Origin: Phoronis australis
Lineage: Eukaryota; Animalia; Phoronida
NCBI GenBank assembly: GCA_002633005.1
Contig: NMRA01000003.1
Span: 604,696 to 668,695 of the forward strand
Length of the DNA stretch: 64,000 bases
Reading direction: 5' to 3'
Shown piece by piece: positions 15,101 to 27,800 of this stretch. Position numbers and translations under genes: made by a program. Each line of letters begins with the position of its first letter. The stretch's first letter is position 1. The notes beneath the pieces were generated by a model that ran no database searches, had not been told where the DNA came from, and saw only the letters and a program-made list of their open reading frames with translations.

Positions 15101-18100
15101 AAAACTCCCCACTGGTTTGGACCAAGTTCAAAACACAAAAGCAATCTCCAAATCATGAACTTGCTCACTTTATGAAAGACTACACAACAATGTCACAAAT
15201 ACGACATTGGCAAACATTTCTAATCACTACAAGAAATTAGTGAACTTTTAACTGCAAAAATTATTACAGATCTTCAAGCACATTTGTGTACCAGGTGATA
15301 GGTATCAAACATATGAATACAGACACACAAGGTCACCGTCTACAGTCATGGTACGGAAAAAACATAAACAGATGATATCAAGGCCATGTCACATTGCTGT
15401 GGCTAAACCAAGTTATGCAAGAGGTAAAAAGAAGTCCACATTGCCATCATTTTGTGCAACCTACCCCAGGATCTAAATCTGTAGCATTGATGTCCAATAC
15501 TTGCGTTAGTAGAGGCACGCTCTCGTCTATAACAGCTGAGTAGCGGCCGAAGGGATCGAACTTTGGAGCATGAGGGTTGAAATCCACATTAATAGTAACA
15601 GTGGCTGTAGCATAATCGTTGGGGAACCGTTTATCGTAGGCCTTCACCAAAGCCTGTAAACAGGACCATTAGATGAAAGATTACAAGAACATAACCACCA
15701 TAAACAGTCATGCAAACAGAGTGGTAAAGTATCTTCAAATTAGAACAGTGAAATTTCATTTTATTAAAAATTAAAATTTTCAAAAAGTGTAAGCTAGAAG
15801 ACAATTTTACTTATAATTATTTGAAAACTTTATACATCGACAAACACACAGTGAAATTTTGAACATTTTTGGCAATACAGTGAGTATTTGAAAACTAAAA
15901 AAAATGACAATTTTGGCCATTATTTTCGTTCAAATTCCATGAAACTTTACCGTACATACCACGGTAACTATAGTAACTAACAATATATTACAAGTGTACA
16001 AGGAAAGAGACAAAAATACACATCACACGAATGTAACGGTAAAGAATTACAATTTAACGATCAAAATCTTAAAGTCAATAACAGGGCATGATGAATGAAA
16101 AAATCTAATGGTTTTACAACACAAGACCACGAAGTTTCGCCACCAACAAAACATGCTCACATCACCAACTTCAATTATTATTAGAAATAACCAAGGAGAA
16201 ATTTCAAAACTGTTTAAACTCCATCCTTTAAGTTTTGTGTAAGCCCACTTTCACCATTCTCTCACTTACATAGTACACTTTTGATTCGTCCGAGTCCTTA
16301 GTAAGAGAAGTCTTCACGAAGACTTCACCGGTCGGTTTCACGTCAAAGAAGTAGCGTGCTTTGTTATCTCCAATAAGTTCATACTTGATATCCGGCTGAA
16401 ACAAAAACAAAATCATTGTAAATTTACTTTCAATATTTAATTCCTTTTTCAGAGTAAGACAGTTTTTCACGACACAGTTTGATGGAGACACTTTCCATTG
16501 CCCTTCATGTTACGGTGTCCAGAGGTACGTATTCATAGGAGGAAGCATTCCTTTTTGATATTACCTTTACTAAAATAACAGATCCGTTATCTTGGAGACT
16601 TCAAGAATAAGAATAACACAAAGATCACACAATGTGATACTGACACTGAGAAGAGAACTCAATCATGAGGCAATAGGCCAAAAAAAAATGGATGAGTAGT
16701 GTATTACCCAAGGTGAAACTCACTATATCATGAAGAGACATGCAAACTATAGCAGCACTGCTAACACAGCATTCATTACTTACAGGAGGTTGAAACGTAT
16801 CACGATCTAGAGCTGACACCTGTTTCACAAACTGACCCTGGCTCGTGCGCAGGTCAAGGGTAGTATTCACTGCAATCGTTGACTCAATGTTGGAAGTGTA
16901 GGATGAAGACACAAACTGTGGGGTGAACTTGTTACGATTGACGGTAATTATCACGGTGGCAACACCCGTTTTACCATACTTGTCAGTAGCTGCCACAGTG
17001 GCCTGCATAATACAAAAGAGATATAGCATCCATTTCCAGATGAAGCACTAAAACACAAATGTCAACCACTTGGCACTCAAATCAACACACACACTCATGA
17101 AACAAACCACGTCACTACAAATATCAATCTTAAACAAATTCTTCACTGTTTCAAGGTCAATAGTGCCTTGTGAGTGAAATGATTTCCTAATTTCATAGAC
17201 TCTGAATTAATAGGTACAATATGCAAGTTACATTCAGCAATAACGTACTTGAAATAAAAACAAGTTTGTACACAGGGTGACAGGAAAATGATCATTATGA
17301 AGCAGCTTAGACACATCGAGTGGTAACATTAAATTTGTTGACGTAACTCAATCCAGTGAACAGAATCAAGATGAGGCTGCGTACCGTGTACTGGTCAAGA
17401 TTATTTGGATCTGATTTGTTGTCCAGTCGTCCTATGGTGGATATAAGGCCTTTGTTGTTGATGCCAAACAACTTGTTGCCATTTCCACCAATGCTGACCT
17501 GAGCATAGGTGACAGGATCCTGCAAGGAAAGCCCAGTTATTGGAGGTGTGGCATTACTAGTACCCTTTACCAAATAACGAAACAATGTGTCAAAAGAAGG
17601 GCAATTGAATTCATGCATTTCAAAATACCAGAAAAGATTATTTACAAAATGATCACTGATAGTTCTTAACCACTTTAAGTCCAGACAGTGACATGGTATA
17701 GTACTTTTCCACTCATTCACTTAAAAATTTGAAAGTTCTTTTAAACAAAAAGCATGCTGTTTGTCCCAGACTGAGAAATTTAACAACGGAAATACAATTC
17801 TCACATGACCTAGAATGTGTTACAACATAGCTGATTAATAATAACGAGTACGTAACTTTTTGGTATTACATGGGCAAATCACAAAGCAGAGCAAAGTAGA
17901 AATCCATACGCCTTACATTTTATCATCTGCAAAATACTAATACCAACAACCAAATGTGCACCAACCAAAGAATGTCCGAATGCCATGAAGGTGATAAGGT
18001 TATGATTGACAAATCAGGTGTCGCAACTGTACGTACACCCAGACAGAAGGACATGCAAACAGCTTCTTAAACGGACCCATCTTCGGTGGCAAATTCCATA

Positions 18101-21100
18101 TCCACGTTTATTCAAACGGAAACAAACCCAAACTCAAGAAACCACACAACGAGACTGACTAGCTGTGCTGTCTCAGGGTCAATTCTAACTTGAACATTTG
18201 TTAAAAAGCTGAATGCAGTTTACAATTGCTAAGATTTTTACGTCTATCTCGTAATCTCGTACTTGTTCGAAATAGCCACCAGATCAGGACAAGATTGTCT
18301 GCCTCAAACAATTAGGTTTTGCCCAGACACAGAACATCATTGTATTCTAAGTCCTTTTTTATTCAGACCATCAAACAGTGGAACAATTTGCCTAATAATC
18401 TTAAGGACGCTGATTGTTATGATAATTTCAGACACCACCTCATCAGTTACCTGTGGTCATCATCGATGTCCCTCCTTTTTGTCTTTCTAATATATTTACT
18501 AAAAATTTTTTATTTATTCATTTACCTTTAATTCAATTTGTTAATCCAATTTGTAAATACCATTTTTATTTAATGTATCTTATTGTATCTTAATTTAATC
18601 TGTTTATCTAATTTAATTTAATTAATTTAATTTCTTGCTGCAGAGGACCATGCTGGATATTAGCCTTTGGCTAAAGCATGTTTTACATTGTATTTTTATC
18701 CTCTTTAAATAAAGTTTATTATTATTATTATTATTATTATCATCATCATTATTATTATCATCATTATTATTATGACTTTGAAATAAAACTATTAATAAAA
18801 GTAACTGAGTTACACAAGAATATTTTTACAAAAGTTGTGTCATGTGGTTAAATGTTTTAAGCTGAAAGATTTAGACAAAATTTCCAAGAGGTTTTGCCCA
18901 AGTCATAAACCGGAGACTAGAGTAGGATTCTCTATTTCTTCTTGGAACTTTGGAAAAAATTCCATACACCAGAAACTCTCAAATTTTAATAAAGAGCAAA
19001 TCGTGTGAACCTTACTCAACTTACATTATCTGAATCAGTGGCTGTGACAGTAATGAGGGAATGACCAATGTCAACATCTTCATCCACGCTCACTCTATAG
19101 ATGCCCTGGGTAAATTGTGGTGCATTGGGATTGCGAGTTACGTTAATGTAGACAGTAGCTGTGCCTCGGTTGTTGGGGTAGTTCTCACTGTATGCTGAGA
19201 CTGTTAACTGCAAAACATAGTGGTAGTGTAGTGGCTAGAGGCTGCTGTAGCTGTCAAATGCTATTGCATTAAATGTACTTACACTACATGAAGCATTGTA
19301 GTGTAATATTAACTAAAGGTTCTTCTAAATATACACTGTCATCAAGTTAGAGCAAAACACTTAACAAAACCAAGATCAATGTAATGCATGAATTAATATA
19401 TACAATAATTGGTTCACTTTAATGTCCACACGCAATCAATAGTCATAATTGACCAAGTTGTAGGCTGCCAAACAAGTCAAGACAAACAAAAAGAACCCTG
19501 CCCTACCCTAATCAGCTAGGTTGTCAACATTTTTGGCATTAGCAATGAGACACACCATCAAACAGCAAAACACATAAAAACAACGTCAAAATAACTCTTC
19601 AGTAAAATAGTGACTAGCATAGCAAGAATACAAATTTTGAGTCGAGTGCTCTATTAGCGTGCAGCAATGTGCATAAATACAGCATGATCATAGATGGTGA
19701 AGACATTTCAAGATTAGGTTATATGCTGAACGATGCTGAAAAAAACATTATAATAAAACCAAGACTTCTACTTAAAAACATTCTCAACATACCATATAGA
19801 GAGTCAACCTCAGGCTATCCAGAGTAAGGTCTTTCTTAACTGTCACTTTTCCATCAACAGCATTAACAGCAAAGAAGTCAGGCCCTGGGTAGTTACCAGT
19901 CGTTTCATATCTGACACCACCCTGTAGAAAACAACATTATTTTGTGAATTGTAAGAACTGTATCGCTCACTAGAACAAATATAAAACAGAGATCTAAACA
20001 ATTACACAGAGCAAATATAGAAGTGTATCTGAATGCATCATGCATCACAACGGCACCCACATATATGTGTATGTGAAATGTATTACACTTCACAACTGCA
20101 CCCGCATGACTTGAGTGTATATGTGCATATATTAAAGATCCCAACTACACCCAAACATGTGTATGGATAAAAATCACCGCTGGTCAAATACTGACACTTA
20201 ATAATAAAAAGAATTGTTTTTAATCATGATGCCCAACTCTCAGCCTAAATAAAGAACTGGCGAGTATTTTGGCAAAATGTTCACAAGAGCAATACGAAGC
20301 GATGAAATGGGCCCATGACAGCACGTAAACGGAGTGTTTCTATGGGTGGTTTTAGTATCATAACAATGGCCATTAGATGGCTCGGAATGCGCCAAACCTG
20401 ACTGAATTAAGATGGTGGTGCTCCCTCTGTAATACACAATTCTTTGCCAAGTTTCATCTAAATAAGCCAAGAAACTCCTAAGATAAAGAGGCAAATGTAA
20501 AAAAGAATTGACACTAGGGGGCGCAGCTATAGTCCGATTTGTGTGAAACTCATTGTCACCTGCTGTCACCTCTACACGAGCTCACCTACTAAATTTCACA
20601 AAGATCCTTCAAAAGGTTACGGAGATATGCTCATAGATGCAAGAAACTAAATTGCCCCTAGGGGGCGACAACATAGAAAATGTCAGCCGGGGTCTTTGCA
20701 TCAGGAACACAACCATCAATTTTCATAATGATTCTTTGAATGGTCTGGCAGATTGAGAGGCAGATGTCAAAATCATTTTCAAAAAATTTTAAATGGCCAC
20801 CAGGTGGCACAGAAGATCTCAAGTCATCTCTTTAATATAAACCTATCTTCTGAATTTCATGAAAATACATTAATGAACTCCGAGGACACAAAGGCAAGTG
20901 CAAAAACTTTTCACAACTAGAAGACACAGTGGTATTTGGATCAGCTCTATACTTGTTAGCATTCGTCGCTGGCTGCATAGAAACACATCTTTCAAATTTC
21001 ACAAAGCTCCTTCAAAGAGTTAAGGAAATTCAACCTCAAATGTAAAAAACAAAATAGCTACTTTAAGGGGGCAATACAGTAGTCAGACCCATCCAAAAGT

Positions 21101-24100
21101 CAACTTCAGTAGTGGCTGTAACATTAGGAACACATCTCTAAATTTTCATAACTATCCTTTAAGTGGTATGGTAGACAGGGAGGCGGATGGCATAAAATAG
21201 ACATAAAAATAACAAAGATGGCGACTAGGTGGTGTAAAATCTATTGAATCATTCCAAATATAAAATGACAACATCGCCTCCTTCTTAAAAACCTTTCTCC
21301 TGAATTTTTTGAAAATCCATCACGAAACTTTAAAGATATAGAGAAAAATCTTTAAAAACATTTTCTACTATGGGGCACACTAATTGTTGGATTGTTCTAA
21401 AACTCTTAATCATCAGTTGTCAGGAACAGATTTGCAAGTTTTTACTAAGGTTTTAGGAGATGCAGTCACAGATGCAAAAACAAACAAAATCCTTACTAGG
21501 GAGTGCCAGGTGAGTGAAACTTGTCCAAAAATCAACATCTGTTGTAATCTCCTAATTAGGAACACACCTGCCAATTGTCATAATGATTGATCAAGCAGTT
21601 TGACAAATAGAAAGTCAGACACAAAAAACTGACTTGAAAATTTAAAAAAAAATGGCAACTCAAGGTGGCACAGAATCGTCAATGCCATCCAAACTAAAAA
21701 GCGGTCATCACCTATTTAATAGAAACCCATTTGCCAAATTTCATCAAAATCCATCCAAGAATCCCAAACATACAGATGAAATTGCAAAAAAATAAAACTG
21801 TCACTAGGGGGTACAGCAGAAGGCGATTTGATCTGAAATTTGTCGTCATCAGTCATCAGCTTCATAGAAACACATCTGTCAAATCTCATAAAGATCATGT
21901 GAGGAGTTTAGGAGATACAACAGCAGACCCCGGATGCCCAGACAGAGATGACAGCAATATGCACCTACATATAATATGTGGGCACATAATAACAGAAACC
22001 ACTGCAACACAGATTAAAATACTGTCACAGAGTAATATCATCTAGGAATTGTACTACAGTACTGTTGACCCATTTGAACAGAAATTCCCTGACTGAACTA
22101 CTAATTGTTCAAAAGCCTGGTTATTCCTACCTGATTAAGATCAGGATCAGTAGCCTGGACTGTCTCTATAACGTCATTGAGGGGACGAGTCTCAAAAATA
22201 GTCACATTGTATATATTTTTTGAAAACCGGGGTGGACTAGTGTCACGGATGACTTTGACAGTGACAGTTGCTGTGACAGTCTTGGGATTGGACAGGCTGT
22301 TGTCTGTGGCTCTCACAAGGAACTGGAAATAGCGAGATAAATGAATAGAGTGAAGTAATAACAGGTATGGATGTCAGTGAATTTGTTTAGTTTTAAGATG
22401 TACAATTCATGTAATCATACATCAACTAAGTAAAAACAAACAAGTCCCAGTTATACAATATTACAAAGTAAACTGTTGTACAGTAATTCTTCAACTACTA
22501 AGCACTTAAATCGGACAAACAAGATTCAATTTTGTCAAATTTTTGTCAAAGAACATCTTGAGCTGGAAAACGGGCATGATCATGTGAGCTCATTACAGTG
22601 AAATAGATTGCCAACCTGGTACTGATCCCTGGTCTTGCCAGTCAATGGCTGTTTGAGGGCAATGCGACCTGTCCTGGCATCCACAAAGAAGATATCTCCA
22701 AGAGTTGGATCACTGGTAGAATCCACCATGTGGTAGGTAATGGTGTCCTAAAATAGTTACAATACTTAAATGATCACAACCCACAAGCCTCTAGTAACTA
22801 CAAATGATATTTACACATATCAAAATGGCCATAAAATAAGATGCGTGACAATGGCAGGAATGTAATAATGATCCAAGAAATCAATTTTAGCTACAAATGG
22901 TACACGGTTTAGGCATATGTTTTCTATCTCATGACTGACCAGTCGATGGTTATGCCTGCTAACAACATAACTGCCCATTTCACATTCCACCATACACCTG
23001 TTTGATGGTTAGCTAAAGAATCAACCAGCAAAGAAGCAAGAACGGAAACCCGAAGGTATCTAAATTACATTATCCTTGTCAGTAGCGTTGACGTCCAGGA
23101 AGTATTCTCCAATTGGTTGGTTCTCATTGATGGTCACGAGGTAGGACAGTTGACTAAACACAGGTGGGTTGCTGTTGCGCTGGACTGAGATGAACACAGT
23201 AGCTGTGGCTTTTCGAAGAGAATCAGCAGAATCATGAGCCGTCAACACTAACTGTAAACACACAATACAGAAAGTGACAGTGAAATAGTCAGCAGACGGA
23301 TGCTACTGATCTACTACATGCCTGTCGTATCATCAAACACATAGACGACATAATAGACAGAAGGGTTGGGTAATTTAACTCCTAGAAGATTGTTCAGAGA
23401 AAAGAAGGATTCTGCAAGCAATGCCAGCTTCGTGGTTTATAGCATGAACAACTTTGTGCCCAACTTTTTGGCACCTAGTTTCCTGTTACAAATTTACAAG
23501 GACAAGTGTAGGTAATAACTAGTGAACTATTACTGAAACAAATTGGTGCAAAAACAAGCATAAAACAATCACCTCATACAGCTGGGTAGTGTCTTGTTTT
23601 AGGTCTTGTTTGATCGTCACTTCCCGTTTGGCGCCATCAAAATTGAAGTAGCTTCCAGCAGGGAAGTTGCCAATTGTATTGTATACAATTGAACCCTGTA
23701 ATATGTCAACAAGGTAGAGTCATCCACGAAGTATTCACTTTTTGCACATTTAAATTTATTTAATTGTAATGCTTGAACACGTCACTGTATTTAATTAAAG
23801 CAGTATACTCTGCTCAGTACAAGTCAAAACAAACAACACCTCTGACATATCAAGTCAGAAAGCATCCTAATGAAAGGAGCGGTGTCTGAAGCTTCAATCG
23901 CAGTGAAACAATGAAGTTCCTGAAACTTTGCAGACCTTTTAAAAATAGTTCTTAAGTGTTTAATTAGCTGGCAATTAACATTACAAGTGTTATACCTGTA
24001 AATCATCATCTTTAGCCAGCACATCCTTCAGGATGACATCATCAACTGTGCGAGTCTCTAGAATGCTGATGTCATAACGTTGTGTCACTGTGCCAGTGCG

Positions 24101-24740
24101 TGACACAAAGTACGGTGCTTTCTGGGTACGCTTTACTGTGATCTCTGGGAAGACTGTGATACACTTTTGATCCCGCTGTATACGAATGTCACACACTTGC
24201 ACTTCAAGCTGAAAAATGTCCTCAGAGATTAACTACCTTACTGTAGCTAGATAGAAATAATTGCTATTTTGAACAAAAGAGCCATCAGTCAGTAAATTGC
24301 TTTATAAGTAGTAGCTGTGTGGCATTATTAAAATTTTTCACACAATCATGTTGCTGAAGTTTAATTGAAAAACGAAACATAAGTAGGAGTTGCATAGAGA
24401 GGCAAAGACACACACACAAGCACATTTTTGTTTGCTAAAATATAAAAAAATCAAAACCAATACTATTACTAAATGAGTCAATTCATTAGTACTATAATAC
24501 AGACACTAGCTATATTTATACAGAGTACAGCTACGCATAAGTATGAAAAGCATAAAGAATGGCTATGAATAATGGTACAGAGCATGGCTATTTATTACTA
24601 AATTGAGTATGGCTATATATCACTGCACAGATGATGGTTGTATACGCACATCTGTACATAGCTTCGTATATCTGTACAGAGCATGGCTATGTATAACTGC
24701 TCAGAGCAAAGCTATTTATACAGACCACTGATATATATAT

Positions 24741-24835
<95 letters not shown>

Positions 24836-27800
24836 NAACACACAATACAGAAAGTGACAGTGAAATAGTCAGCAGACGGACGCTACTGATCTACTACATG
24901 CCTGTCGTATCATCAAAGACATAGACGACATAATAGACAGAAGGGTTGGGTTTAGACAGGCGTGCAACAATTGAGCAAGAGCAACTGTCCTTTGTGCGTT
25001 TAGCTTATTTATGCACAACTCCTTGAATTTAACTCCAAGAAGATTGTTCAGAGAAAAGGATTCTGCAAGCAATGCCAGCTTCGTGGTTTATAGCATGAAC
25101 AACTTTGTGTTTACGCCCAACTTTTTGGCACCTAGTTTTCTGTTACAAATTTACAAGGACAAGTGTAGGTAATAACTAGTAGTGAACTATTACTGAAACA
25201 AATTGGTGCAAAAACAAGCATAAAACAATCACCTCATACAGCTGGGTAGTGTCCTGTTTTAGGTCTTGTTTGATCGTCACTTCCCGTTTGGCACCATCAA
25301 ACTTGAAGTAGCTTTCAGCAAGGAAGTTGCCAATTGTACTGTATACAATTGAACCCTGCAATATGTCAACGAGGTAGAGTCATACACGAAGTATTCACTT
25401 TTTGCACATTTAAATTTATTTAATTGTAATGCTTGAAGACGTCACTGTATTTAATTAAAGCAGTATCTATACTCTGCTCAGTACAAGTCAAAACAAACAA
25501 CACCTCTGACATATCAAGTCAGAAAGCCTGCAAATTAAAGGCGCGGTGTCCGAAGCTTCAATTGCAGTGAAACAATGAAGTTCCTGAAACTTTGCAGACC
25601 TTTTAAAAATAGTTCTTAAGTGTTTAATTAGCTGGCAATTAACATTACAAGCGTTATACCTGTAAATCATCATCTTTAGCCAGCACATCCCTCAGGATGA
25701 CATCATCAACTGCGCGAGTCTCTAGGATGCTGATGTCATAACGTTGCGTCACTGTGCCAGTGCGCGACACAAAGTACGGTGCTTTCTGGGTACGCTTTAC
25801 TGTGATCTCTGGGAAGACTGTGATACACTTTTGATCCCGCTGTATACGAATGTCACACACTTGCACTTCAAGCTGAAAAATGTCCTCAGAGATTAACTAC
25901 CTCACTGTAGCTAGATAATAATAATTGGCATTTTGAACAAAAGAGCCATCAGTCAGTAAATTGCCTTATAAATAGTAGCTGTGCGGCATTATTAAAATTT
26001 TTCACACAATCATGTTGCTGAAGGTTAATGGAAAAACGAAACATAAGTTGGAGTTGCATAGAGAGGCAAAGACACACACACACACACACACAAGCACATT
26101 TTTGTTTGCTAAAATATAAAAAAATCAAAAATAAAGAACCAATACTATTACTAAATGAGTCAATTCATTAGTACTATAATACAGTCACTAACTATATTTA
26201 TACAGAGTACAGCTACGCATAAATATGAAAAGCATAAAGAATGGCTATGAATAATAGTACAGAGCATGGCTATTTATTACTAAACTGAGTATGGCTATGT
26301 ATCACTGTACAGATGATGGTTACGCACATCTGTACAAAGCTTCGTATATCTGTACAGAGCATGGCTATGAATAATTGCTCAGAGCAAAGCTATTTATACA
26401 GACCACGGATATATAGCAGAACAGAGAATGGTTAAGTGTAACTGCTCAGAGAATGGATATTTTACAGTGCTGTACAAAGCATGGATATTAACTGCTCAGA
26501 GCATGGCTAACAAGAATCACTCACCCTAAAATTTGACACTGAGGTCTGCTTGAGACTCTTTCGCAGATTAATGTCTCCAGTAGTGTAATCTATGGTGAAG
26601 TACTCTTTTCCAATGTCCGGTCCAGTGATTTTATAAGTTACCTGGCAAATACAGGACAGCACCATCACAAATATTGTCAGTTTTTCTTTTTTCAAAATAA
26701 GAAGGTACGATGTATTTACAAGCCGGAGACAAGAATTAATATGCAAACAACTCTCTGGTACATACTCTATCAGCCGTCATTTGTTGTTCACTAGATGTGC
26801 TGTGTGGATCTTAATGTAGTGGATTTCAATGTAGATCTGTTTTACACTTTGACTAAGTCTATACAATGTGGAACCTTGAACAACAAAATTTGACTTAGTT
26901 GGGAATAACACAAATAACACTGCTTGGTTCAGATCAATGGAGAGTGGCCAACTTACTCCATCTGGATCATACGCTGAAACATTTGTGACGTGGCCCAAAG
27001 GATGTGACTCAGGTATAACCACATTGGTGAACTTGACGTTTTGCGGGCCAACTTCATTTCTTCTGATGGTGAAGACCACAGAACTGGTGGCACGGTTGGT
27101 GGGTCTGGCACTGTCATAAACGACCACTATCGGCTGAAAACAAACAATGGTGCACTTTAACAACTGCTCAACAAGATAAACCACCTGATTTTAAACACGC
27201 TTACTATCCGTAATGGTCAATGTATTACAAAATTTTATAGGATTGTGTTAGATAAATCATCCCTACATATCCGTACTGCTCAATGTACGAGAACATTTTA
27301 CATGATTGTGTTAGATACATGCCTACCTTGTACTGTAGTCCCTGTACTGTCATAAGGTCAGTCTTCAGAGTAATTACACCAGTACTGGAGTTGATAGAGA
27401 ACATACTGTTGTCTACCATTTCAAAGGTGATTTTTCCCTGTGCGGATAAATATGTGCTATTACATAATATGAACCCACTACCAAAGAGCAACGGTTACAT
27501 TTAGAAGTACATTAGGCTGTGGGCAATAGCTACAACTCAACATCCATCTGCATTTTATTCAACAACAACAATTACTTAAGTGCTTCATATTCAGCATACA
27601 CTTCCCTTATACCATTCTGCACCACTAGGTGTCACACGCCATCAATCTCTTTAGTAGTAATTTCAATTCTATTTAATCCTTCCAATGCCAGCAAAAAGAG
27701 CAAGTAGAGTTAACATTTGGTTGTATATAATGCGAATGAAAGAATACAACAGCGTTATTTGGAAAAGTAACGAATACACAACTAGTAAACATTGCTGTTA

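Larger units (their letters stand above)
23257..26415. repeat. ~1.5-kb direct tandem duplication (23257-~24735 and 24837-~26415) containing one long+short exon pair
   Basis: Both copies begin aacacacaatacagaaagtgacagtgaaatagtcagcagacgg and align throughout with scattered SNPs and indels; separated by (AT)n and an N at 24836. Confidence 0.95.
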
